A stretch of 64,000 nt of DNA from Lama guanicoe (taxonomy: Eukaryota): assembly GCA_013239625.1 (NCBI GenBank), contig MU054323.1, forward strand, positions 13,625,950 through 13,689,949, in the 5' to 3' direction. The position numbers and the translations under genes are program-made. Shown here one piece after another: positions 36,779 through 48,489 of the stretch. The notes below the pieces were generated by a model. The model did not search any database, was not told where the DNA came from, and saw only the letters and a list, made by a program, of their open reading frames with translations. How positions within the stretch are numbered: position 1 is the stretch's first letter; the number at the start of each line of letters is the position of its first letter.

Positions 36779-39165
36779 TCCAGTCATCTGTTGATGGACA
36801 TTTGGGTTGTTTCCATGTCTTGGCTATTGTAAATAGTGCTGCTATGAAGATTGGGGTGCATGTGTGTTTTTGAATTTTATTTTTCTCTGGTTATATGCCC
36901 CAGAGTGGTATTGCTGGATCATGTGGTAAATCTATTTAGGTTTTTAAGGAACCTCCATAGTGGCTGCACCAGTCTGCATTCCCACCAACAGTGTAGGGAG
37001 TTCCCTTTTCTCCACACCCTCTCCAGCAACTATCATTTACAGACTTTTTAATGATGGCCATTCTGGCTGGTGTGAGGTGATTCCTTGTTGTAGTTTTGAT
37101 CTGCATTTCTCTGACAATTAGTCATGCTGAGCATTTTTTCATGTGCTTGTTGGCCATTTGTATGTCTTCATTCGAGAATTGCTTGTTTAGGTTTTCTGCC
37201 CATTTTTGGAATGACTTGCTTGTTTTTTTTGGATATTAAGTTGTATAAGATATTTGTATATTTTGGAGTTAGTCTCTTGTCAGTTGCATCATTTGCAAAT
37301 ATTTTCTCCCATTCTGTAGGTTGTCTTTTCGTTTTGATGGTATCCTTAGCTGTGCAAAAGCTTTTAAATTTAATTAGATCCCATTTATTTATTTTTGCTT
37401 TTATTTCCATTACTCCAGGAGCTGGTTTAAAAAATAAATTACTGTGATTTATGTCCAAGAGTGTTCTGCCTTTGTTTTCCTCTTGGAATCTTATAGTATC
37501 TGGTCTTAGATTTGAGTCTTTAATCCATTTTGAGTTTATCTTTGTATGGTGTTAGAGAATGTTCTAATTTTGGTCTTTTACAGGTAGCTGTCTAGTTTTC
37601 CCAGCACCACTTATTGAAGAGACTATCTTTTCTCCATTGTATCTTCTTGCCTCCTTTGTCATAGATTAGTTAACCATAAGTGTGTGGGTTTATTTCTGGA
37701 CTTTCTATCCTGTTCCATTGATCTGTGTGTCTTTTTTTTTTTTTGCCTGTACCATACTATTTTGATCATTGTAGCTTTGTAATATAGTCTGAAGTCTCAG
37801 CATGATTCCCCAGCTCCATCCTTGTTTTTCAAGATTGTTTTGTCTATTCAGGGTCTTTTGTGTTCCTTACAAATTTTAACATTTTTGTTTCACCTCTGTG
37901 AAAAATGTCATTTGTAATTTGATAGTGATTTCATTGAATCTCTATATTGCCTTGGATAGTATGGCCATTTTAACAGTATTGATTCTTCCAATCCAAAAAC
38001 ATGGTATATCTTTCCATTTGTTTATGTCATCTTCAGTTTCCTTCATCAGTGTCTTAAGTTTTCTGAGTACCTTTTTTTTGGCTCCTTGGGTAGATTTAGT
38101 CCTAGGTATTTTATTCTTTTTGGTGCAATAGTAAGTGGTATTGTTTCCTTAATTTCCCTTTCTGCTATTTTGTTGTTAATGTATAGAAATGCAACTGATT
38201 TCTGTATATTAATTTTGTATCCTGCAACTTTACCAAATTCACGGATGAGTTATAGTAGTTTTTGGTCTCTTCTTTAGAGTTTTCTATGTATAGTTTTATG
38301 TCCTCTGCAAACACAGTTTTACTTCTTTGTTTCCCATTTGGATTCTTTTCTTTCTTTTTCTTCTGTGATTGCTTTGGTCAGAACTTACAAAACTATGTTG
38401 AATAAAACTGGTGAGAGTAGGCATCCTTGTCTTGTTCCTGATCTTAGAGGAAATGCTTTCAGCTCTTCCCCCTTAAGTATGATGTTAGCTGTGGGTTTGT
38501 CATATATGAGCTTAATTATGTTGAGGTATGTTCTGTCTATGCTTAATCCCTGGAGAGTTTTTTTTTTTATCATAAATGATGTTGAATTTTATCAAAAGCT
38601 TTTTCTGCATCTATTGAGATGATCATATGGTTTTTATTCTTCAGTTTGTTAATGTTATGTATCACATTGATTGATTTACAGATATTTAAAAATCCTTTCA
38701 TCCCTGAGATAAATCCCACTTGATCATAGTGTATGATCCTTTTAATGCATTGTTGTAGTCAACCTGCTAGTATTTTGTTGAGGATTTCTGTATCTATATT
38801 CATAAGTGATATTGGCCTGTAATTTTCTTTTTTTGTGATGTCTTTGTCTGTTTTGGTATCAGGGTGATGATGAGCTCATAGAATGAGTTTGGAAGTGTTC
38901 CTTCCTCTGCAATTTTTTAGAATAGTTTCAGACAGATAGGTGTTAACTCTTCTCTAAATGTTTGGTAGGACTCACCCGTGAAGCTGCCTGGTCCTGAACT
39001 TTAGTTTGTTGGGAGTTTTAAAATTACTGTTTCAATTTCAGTACTGGTAATTGGTCTATTCATAGTGTCTATTTCTTCCTGGTTCAGTCTTGGCAAATTG
39101 TACTTTTCTAAGAAATTGTCCATTTCTTCTACATTGTCCTTTTTGTTCCTGTATAGTTGTTCATA

Positions 39166-39434
39166 TGTTCCTTTTTCTTTCTTTCTTTTTTTTTTTTTAG
39201 GTTCCACTTATTAGGGATGTTATATGGTATTTTTTTTTCTCTTTCTGTCTTACTTCACTTAGAATGACATTCTCCAGGAACATCCATGTTGCTGCAAATG
39301 GTGTTATGTTGTTGGTTTTTATGGCTGAATAGTATTGCATTGTATAAACATACCACATCTTCTTTATCCAGTCATCTGTTGATGGACATTTAGGCTGTTT
39401 CTGTAAATAGTGCTGCTATGAACATTGGGGTTAT
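39166..39434 (-). mobile_element. Short L1 ORF2-end fragment nested in the older L1
   Basis: Closely matches ~29965-30214 of the young L1; T-rich tail 39172-39198; imperfect TSD gttgttcata (39156-39165) / gttgctcata (39435-39444); host ORF2 resumes after it. Confidence 0.85.
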
Positions 39435-42069
39435 GTTGCTCATAGTAGCCTCTTATGATCACTTGTATTTCTGTGGTGTCAGTTTTAACTTCTTCTTTTC
39501 AATTTTTGGTTTTATTAATTTGGGCCCTCTCCATGTTTTTCTTGATGAGTCTGACTAAAGCTTTATCAATTTTGTTTATCTTTCCAAAGAACCAGCTTTT
39601 CGTTTCATTGATCTTTTCTGTTGTTTTTTTAATTCTCTATTTCATTTATTTCTGCTCTAATCTTTATGGTTTCTTTTCTTCTACTAACTTTGGGTTTTGT
39701 TTGTTCTACTTTCTCTCACTACTTTTGGTATAAGTTTAGGATGTTTACTTGAGATTTTTCTTTTTTCGTGAGGTAGGTTTATATTGCTATAAAGTTCCCT
39801 CTTAGAACTGCTTTTACTGCATCCCAGAGGTTTTGGATCATTGTGTTTTCATTTTCATTAGTCTAAAAGTGTTTTTTAATTTCCTCTGATTTCTTCAGTG
39901 ATCTGTTGGTTGTTTACTAGCATGTTGTTTAGCTTCCACATATTTGCAGTTTTTGCAGTTTTTTTCTTGTAGTTGATTTCTAACCTTATATTGTTCTGGT
40001 CAGAAAATATGTTTGGTATGATTTCAATTTTCTTAAATTTACTGAGGCTTGCTTTGTGAGCCAGCATGTGGTCAATTCTGGAGAATGTTCCATGTGTACT
40101 TGAGAAGAACGTGTATTCTATTGCTTTCAGATGGAATGCTCTATAGATATCAGTTAAGTCCATCTGGTCTAATGTGTTATTTAGGGCCTGTATTTCCTTA
40201 CTGATTTTCTATCTGAATGGTCTGTCCATTGATGTAAGTGGGGTGTTAAGAGTCCCCCACTATTATTGTGTTATTGTTGATTTCTCCTTTTATGTCTGTT
40301 AACAATTGCCTTATATTTTGAGGTGCTTCTATGTTGGGTGCATATATATTTATAATTGTTATGTCCTCTTTTTGGATTGATCCCTTGAGCATTGTGTAGT
40401 GTCCTTCTTTGTCTTTTGTAACAGTATTTATTAAAATTTTATTTTTGTCTGATACAAGTATGGCTACTCCAGCTTTCTTTTGATTTCCGTTGGCATAGAA
40501 CATCTTTTTTCATCCCCTTACTTTCATCCTGTATGTGTCTCTAGCTCTGAAGTGGGTCTCTTGTAGATAGCATATATATGGGTCTTGTTTTTGTATCCAT
40601 ACAGCCAATCTGTGTCTTTTGGTTGGAGCATTTAACCCATTTACATTTAAGGTCATTATTGATACATACGTTCTTATTGCCATTTTGTTAATTATTTTGG
40701 GTTTGTTTTCGTAGGTCTTGTTTTCCCTTTCTTTTTCTTCTCTTGTGGTTTGATGACTAGAGAAGTTCATTTAACATTTGTTCTAAAGCTGGTTTGGTGG
40801 TGCTGAAATCTTTTAGCTTTTGTTTGTATCTGAAGCTTTTGATTTCTCCATCATACTGAATGAGAGCCTTGCTGGATAGAATACTCTTGGTTGTAAGTTT
40901 CAGAGCATGGTTTTAAAAGAAGTAAGAAAAGATCTCAGAGAAAATTGCATATTGCTTCTGAGGCCCTGAAAGCCATTCTATCACACAGAAAACTAAGGAT
41001 TCAGGAAATTTCCTTTTTGGGGTTCCAGGAGGGGCTATCCTGGTCTAGATTCCAGACTCCAGCCTTCTCCCCAGAACGTGGTAGACACAGTAATGATACT
41101 TCTCTCCACCTTACATTTGCGATAAACCACCAGCTGCATCTGTCACATTGGTGAGCAGTTAGTACTTGTGCAATACTATTGATTTATTTGTTTGGAGCTA
41201 TAACCAGAGGTTTGAAATCCAGAGTAAAATATGTTATTTCCGCAGATGTAAAAGGATGAAGACAGTTTTCAAACTTGTGGTTGTTGGCTTTGTATCACTG
41301 AGGCTCTTGCTCATTAGGGTCCATGAATCCAGATCACACCTTCAGTGTGTTCCTTTATGCTCGGAGTGCTGCAGAAAGTGACAATGTGCTGGCAGTGTTA
41401 CCTATGTGATGCAGGGTGTTGAAACGATTCTGTATTCTTTTCATATGGAGTCCAGTGACAAGAAAGAACATTGAGGGCCCTGGTTTACAAATTATGTCCT
41501 TATTTACCATTCCTATTTTTTTCGAAAGGCCTATATATGGGCCTTTAACACTGATAAAAATTGTGTGTTCAGTTTGGTCAAATGTCTCATTTTTTTATGT
41601 ACCTGCTCTTCTTCCAGATTGCTGAATTTAAGATTCAAGTCCATATATGTTGCCTTAATTAATTTGGATGTTGTGTTTCTGTAGATCTCTGAGGCACATC
41701 TTTTGTTTAGGCATTTTTGTAGTTGGACATTTCTCCCTTGGGTGACGTGAATGGAGCTGTAATTTAGGAAGGATGCCTGTATATTGGCATATTTACTGAA
41801 TTCAAGGGTTTGATTGTGGAAAATCTTGATTTGTCTTAAAAAATAACTTCCCTCATATTTATAAAATAATGCATATTTATTGCAGAAGTTTTTGTAACTG
41901 GAATAAGTTATAATAAAGAAAGTAAAATTACTTTCAACCCGACCATGTGTGGGGAAGAACACGTAACTATTCTTCTCCTTAACCCTTATTCCCTGGATCA
42001 ATTTAACAAAATTATATTCTGTTTACTCCACATTATATCTGAAATGTTTACTATGACATTATGCTTTGC

Positions 42070-42310
42070 TTTTTTTTCAGTTTCATTGAGATAAAATTGA
42101 CACAGCAATGTGTATGTTTAAGGTATACAGTATATTGATTTGACGTAAGTATATTGTGAAGTGATTACCACAATAAGATTAGTTAACATTCATCACTTCA
42201 TATAGATACCAAAAAATAAAGTGTTTTTCCTTGTGATCAGAACTTCTAGGATTTACTTTCTTGGCAACTTTCAAATATACCATAGAGCAGTGTTAACTAG
42301 TCATCCTGTG
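42070..42310 (-). mobile_element. L1MA-like 3' end fragment
   Basis: tttcattgagataaaattgac...tttaaggtatacag...tattgtgaagtgattaccacaataag...gcaactttcaaatatac. Confidence 0.7.
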
Positions 42311-43557
42311 ATTACACTTTTTGAAATAATTATTTTTAATGGTTGCATAATATTCTGTTCTTTGGATAGATAATTTACTTACGTATTCCCTTTTGGTTGG
42401 TCATTTAGGTTGTTCCTAATTTTTCACAATTACCCATAACACTATGAACAGAAAAATGTGCAGGTGCTATTTACAGGTGAGACTGATAATATTCCCAGAT
42501 GTTAGTTCTAATCTGAATCAGGACCAAGTCTGGTAGTTGTGTTAGTAGGAGGTTGAAAGTTTATGCCTTGCTTTTAAATTTTATCTGATCATAAATATGT
42601 AGCTTGGTTTGGAGCTTGTTTCTAGACTTACACAATTATTCATTTTTTCTATGAATACATAGTTTTATTCTTAATATTCTTTTTCCTTGTTGAGTGAGCT
42701 GTTCTTTAAGACACACACAAGGCCCGCTGATACTACCAAAAACAGTACAAAACCTTTTAACTCAATTCTGCTACATTCATTGTTATTTTCTGGGATAAAT
42801 GCTGAGAATTATACACTTCATTGTACAAAATAGTTCTTGTGGTTTAAAAGGATCATAGAATAAAAGAAAAAAAAATAAAGATGTATGAAAATGAAATCCA
42901 TGAAAAATAAATCCTAAGATAAGAATATAAACCTTACAGGAACTTTAGAACACAGAAATGTGTCAAAGAGCCCCAACAGTTAAAACGTTGAACTTGAATT
43001 AGGTCCTTAATTGCTAAATCAAGATGGGAACTGTATTGTCATATAATTCACAATAAACTCAAACTGAAAAAATACTGTGCATTAGGAGGTGAAGTACCTT
43101 TTGGGGCACAGAAATGGTTTTACCTTATTCATTCTACCTTGTAAATTCTATTAAAAGCATCCTGGAATATATCATGATTGTTCTTAAGAAATATCTTTCC
43201 TTTGAGTCATACTGCATAAAAAATAGGAAAGTAAAACACCCCAGTGGTGGCTCCTGTATACATTCTAAATGCATGTTGCTTTTTTAGCTAGGTTTAATGT
43301 GAGACTCCAAATCTCTCTTTAAATGTATTCATTTTTGAGTAGATAATACATTCACATCACATAGTTCAAAATACCTAACGTGCCAATGGACATAGTTTAT
43401 TCTTTTAGGGTTGAGAGGATAGGTGAAGCCATCAAATGAGATCAAGAAAAAAATACTATTTATCAGATGATTTCAATACTGGGCCTGCAGAAAGAGGAAT
43501 ATCAGTAAGTGTACTCTCAAAATGTTGACTCAGTTTGGCTTCTGTGATATCTGTGGG

Positions 43558-43719
43558 TAGGGCTGGTTTCATGGGCATGTGACTTGTAAGGTTGAACAGA
43601 ACTACCTGCAGTTGGTTTAATGCTCTGCTTTCATCGTTGTGAAATTTTTAATGGTTTCTGAACAAGGGCCTTGCATTTTCATCTTGCACTGGGTCCTGCA
43701 AATTATGTAGCTAGTCCTG
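43558..43719. mobile_element. MER91-like hAT element
   Basis: agggctggtttcatgggcatgtgac...gcattttcatcttgcactgggtcctgcaaattatgtagctagtcctg with inverted termini. Confidence 0.75.
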
Positions 43720-44550
43720 TCAGTGATACTTTGCAGAATAATTTATGACTTGAGTTGTCCATGACTGACATGGGACAGTCACTTGCTCTGAATAAAATTC
43801 GGATTCTCACCAGTCTCTGAGGTCCACCATATTGAAACATTTGCTAAAAATGTGAGAAATCTCCTGATAGAATAGAATTTCTAAAAGAATGGGAAAATAT
43901 CAAATTGAATAGTGATGAGCTGCTTTTGAATGCTAAATTTCAGATAGATTCATTATATTTATACTATTGTATGTAACATTTACCTTATTCTTAAAGATCT
44001 AAAGGTTTAGTTTTGGCAATTGATGTTTTAACTGTACCTAATGACTGGGGTTATTTTCAGCAGTAGCCACTTTCAGTCGAACTTTTTTTTTTTTAACGTA
44101 TATTTGTGTTTTAGTGTAAGCCACAGATAGCACATACTTAAGTTCTTCTCAGTTATTGCTGGGAAAGAGATGTAGGTATTATCCAGAAAGGAGCTACGAC
44201 AGTGGAGTTGTTCCGCTCCCAACAGGAAGAGCTTTTATGACTAAGAGAGTTTTAATCTGCTTCTTCTGTTGCCACAGTGCAGACAAATGCTGATTCCTTG
44301 GCAAACAGCATCTCCTTAGAAAACAGACTCAGGCATAGACATCTCAGAAGTGGAAGAGTTGTAGGACTTCAGGTGTGAGGCCATCATTTTCCAGAGCATA
44401 TTGGAATGGAATCACCGTAGAAATCTGTGAATAAGTATGCAGTACCCCATGGGTGGACTTTGAACATGGGCATTTACTAAGGCATCATAGTAAGAGCCTT
44501 CTGTGACACCAGAAAGAGGCCTTCCAGCCTAGTCCAGACCTCATGGGTGG

Positions 44551-44760
44551 GAGGGTTGCCAGATGCCTAGCTAAATTTGAATTTTAGATAAATAAATAAT
44601 TTTTTTAACATAAGTATGTTTCCAATGTTACATAATTTTAAGTATGCTCTATGAAACATGGAGGACATACTTATACTACATAAAACATCATCAGTTGTTT
44701 GTCTAAAATACAAATTTCACTGAATTTCCTATATTTTAGCTGCTAAATCTGATCATCCAC
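44551..44760. mobile_element. MER53 palindromic DNA element
   Basis: agggttgccagat...aaatttgaattttagataaa...ataagtatgt / acatacttatact...ttgtttgtctaaaatacaaattt form inverted arms typical of MER53. Confidence 0.8.
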
Positions 44761-45109
44761 TTTGGGAAAAGATAAGCATGAGTTTCACAGAAGAGGATGC
44801 AGACTGGAGAAGAAATAGTTTTTTAACCACACTGTTTCGGGTCAATCACCAGATCATTGTTGGGGTAACCTGGAGGTTAGATGAGAACTCACTGCGTATT
44901 TCTTATATAGTTTGTAGTATTTTAACTAAGAATGGTGAGTTGAATCAAGTTCTCATTAATAATTAACATTAATTTGGCACTTACTATGTGCTGGTCACAG
45001 TGTTAATGTGCATTATTCATATTATTTTATTTAATTGTTACAACAATCCTATGAGAGAGACGCTATTATTAATATACTTTAACAGATGAGAAACAGATTA
45101 CTCCTCTCC

Positions 45110-45558
45110 CCAAACTGCAATATAATTCACATACCATAAAACTAACCCTTTTAAAGTGTATAATTCAGTCATTTTTTTTTATATACACAAGGCTGTGCAA
45201 CCATCACCACAATCTAATTTTAGCATATTTTCTTTGTGGCCAAAACAGCCACTCTCATTTTTCCCTTCTTACCAGCTCCTGGCAACCACTAATCTGCTTT
45301 CTCTCTGTGAATTTACTTCTTCTACGCATGTCATATAAATGGAATTATACATATGAATGGAAGTGACTGGTTTATTTCACTTAGTGTATTTTCAAGGCTC
45401 ATTTACTTTGTAGCATGTGTCATTGCTCCATTCCTTTTTATGGATGAATAGTATTCCATTGTATGGATGATGCACATTTTGCTTATCCATTCATCAGTTG
45501 ATGAACATTTGGGTTGATGAACACTTTTTGGCTGTTACGAATAGTGCTTCTATGAAAA
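45110..45558 (-). mobile_element. L1MB-like 3' end inserted in a MIR (44960-45670)
   Basis: tataattcacataccataaaactaacccttttaaagtgtataattcag...tccattcatcagttgatgaacatttgggttg; MIR halves on both sides. Confidence 0.7.
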
Positions 45559-48285
45559 TAGAGGTTTGATAGGGTAAGTAGTTTGCCCAGTGTAATGATT
45601 AGTAGATGAAAGATCTAAGATGTGAAATTTAAGATGATAAAGATCTAATATGATTCAGAGCCTGAACTTGTAACAATTTCATGTTAATTCTTGGCATTCT
45701 CACAAATCCAGCCTTCATGAAGTCTCATTTTTATGCAACTTCCTGGGTCCAGATTAACTTGTTGGGCTCTTATTGATGAGACCATGGGTGGGTATAACCA
45801 GGTAAATGGCACTCTTCTTGCAGAATTCTTCCCTAACAACATACATTACTGCCTGGAAATGCAACATGTATTTACATAATTCCATATTACAGCCCAAAGA
45901 AGGAAGATGAAGGGAGATGCCTCTAGATTTCACTGTTCTTTGTCTCATTTCCAAATCCTCTACTTCCCAGTGTCTGGGTTTTTAGTCAAAAAAAAAAAAA
46001 AAAACAACAGTTATCTAAAAGAATATTTTGTGGCTTCTTCTGAAGCTTCACAAAGTTTAATACGTCTTAGTGGTCTTCCTCTCTTGTGTTGCCAAGGAAT
46101 TGAAAATAAAATCAAGAAAAGAAGTGCCAGGAAAACAAATGAACAAGCAAACAAACCAAAACCCAAGAGAGATGGTTTGAGGGCCACTGTTGTTTTATTG
46201 CTTGTGTCAGTTTCTCTCTTTTTACCCTATCCAGCTGTGCAAAGGCCTGCAGCTCATATATGTAAGACACAGTGTGGAGAACGGCCAAGAAACCAAAGAG
46301 AACATCCAGTTTTACTCCTTCATAGTGAGTTGTGGAATTCCACCCACTGTAAACAAGAATCCCAAAATGCATAAGGAAAACACTGTACTTATTTTTCTTC
46401 TTACAGCTTCACTTAGCTAATATTTAAACATTCAGCTAGGGAACATATGCTTCATACCAGTAACAGTTTTTTTTTTTTAACAAAATGTTTTGTCAAGGAG
46501 AGCTTAGAAAGGGGAGCAATTTCCAGCTAAGCTGTTTAAAACAAAACAAACTGTGCCAGCTGATTGGAAGGGAGACAGCCTAGGCATGATTTCAAACAAG
46601 GGCAAGTAAAGGTAAACTCTCGAGTCCACATTTCCATTAAAAACAGGGATAATGATTTTGACTCTATTGTTCAATGTTTTCTCTCTCCTTTTTCTCCAAT
46701 TGAAAAATCCACAGTCTGTCAAAAATAAAATTTTTAAAGAATCTTTCTGGCTCCTTGCAACAGAAGCATGTAACTCAACCATACATTAAAGATCCTATAC
46801 AATGATTCTATTTATAAGGCCTATGGATGCTTCAGTTTTGCTTCCTTACTGCAGTGAGTGTCAGTCTAATTTCGGGGGGTTATATGGTTGGGGCAAACCA
46901 CTTAACTTCCCAGTGTCTGAATTTTAACTTGTGAAATGAGCAAAAGAGCCTTATCCACAGGGGTTTAAGGAAAATAATTAAGGTTTATAAAGACCTACTT
47001 AGATGAAACACAATGTAACTGTTACTGTAAATAATATGACTGCAAATTTCTTTGTCATCCCCTGACCCCAAGGGACTCAACAGTACTTCATGCCTGTGAG
47101 TCAGTTTAAATTGCACAATTCCTTTATGAGGCAGAAAGAAGGGAGATCTTGACATTCACATCCTGCAGTGGGAAACTGAGGAACTCAGTGGTTACACTGA
47201 GCATTTATATCTTGTTGCTGAATCCTAGTGGGATACTTTTTTTTTTTTTTACAAATTCGTATTGTACTTAAGGTAAAATCAAGGAGAAAACTTGGCTTTA
47301 TGATTTAGATTTGTCTCCCAAGACAACTGTGTTTATATTTTCACTATCCAATAATTTATGTAAGAGAAAAAGAGTGTGCTGATGTGCTTGCTCTATGATG
47401 TCATAGCATATGAAAACAGTGAAAGAAAAAAAATGAACAACAAAAAGAATAATTCAATAGAACAGTTTCAAACTGACTAATAAATTTTTGTTCAGCTCTG
47501 ATATCAACACTGAAACACACACATAAACACAGACACACAGAGCCTTCAGGGAGTGACAATGAAGAAAAGGACAGCTTATATCTATATATAATGAAAATTA
47601 CTCTCCAAAGTGGCAGTTTAATGTATCTTGATGGAGTATTAGCAGTATATTAAAAAATTCCTATAAATTACTCAGTTGGCCTTTATAATCTTGGCCTGTC
47701 CTATTTTAAATATCTAGAAGTTATATTCTGCTTCTAATTGGACTTGGTACAACTGGTTAGAAAATAATAAATCTCTCATTTTGGAGAAATATAATAACTC
47801 TTCTGGGCAATTCAGTACACTGGATGAGGTAATTTTCTAAATGGTGCCGTAAAATTAATGTACACTTGAAAGAGAATCATTTTCCCCTTTCTTACTTGTA
47901 GTTTTAGGCTTTATAATGAAATTTGGTTGCTAAATCTAATTAAAACAGCAGTCATACCAGTTACTTGATCTTTCTTTTTTAATGCTTGATCAGTCCCAGT
48001 TTTGGAAGATACCTTAAACAAGAACTTCCTGTGCAGGAGCTAAAACATCTTGATAGCTCTGGTCTGTGCCATTTACATGGTTTGGATTCAAGATTCCATT
48101 TAATCCTACTTCTTTTCTGAACAAGCCATGAAATTCTAGAATAAGTGGAGTTGTATCCTTTGGGGAGATTTATTTGAGGCTCCTTTACCTTTTCTTTTTT
48201 CCCAGTGACTAGGGATCTGATGACTAGAATGTCCCAAAGCAGATAAATAAATATATTCAGATATATATGTATATATGGAAAGAAA

Positions 48286-48435
48286 TACATACATACATAC
48301 ATACATACATACATTCATAATCACATACATCTATATATATCCTTTGGGGTTGGGGGATAACATGGAAATGCATAGTTTTGTGTGTGTATATGTATGTATA
48401 TATGTACATACATACACAGACACAGACATATATAT
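48286..48435. repeat. (TACA)n and TA/TG/CA low-complexity repeats
   Basis: tacatacatacatac... and tgtgtgtatatgtatgtatatatgtacatacatacac. Confidence 0.85.
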
Positions 48436-48489
48436 TGCATCTCTAAGTTTTGAATGCAGAGAGATTGGTTGAGAAGGTAGGTTGCCTTT

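Larger units (their letters stand above)
29490..40900 (-). mobile_element. Older 5'-truncated L1 (ORF1 3' end, spacer, disrupted ORF2), split by the young L1
   Basis: 29490-29696 and 36779-40900 join across the TSD; ORF2 fragments [68 protein letters not shown]1 end MLNELL* (stop 40757-40759); many frameshifts. Confidence 0.92.

Noticed and set aside
35509..36832. Other overlapping ORFs in the 5'UTR CpG island (182, 118, 103, 96 aa etc.)
   Set aside because: Expected in stop-poor GC-rich DNA; several have non-ATG or weak starts; only the 36129 ORF was kept as a candidate
41531..42001. 156-aa minus-strand ORF
   Set aside because: No recognisable domain, non-ATG start, AT-rich non-coding composition
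45907..46374. 155-aa ATG-initiated plus-strand ORF
   Set aside because: Runs through a poly(A) tract, no recognisable homology or exon context; consistent with chance
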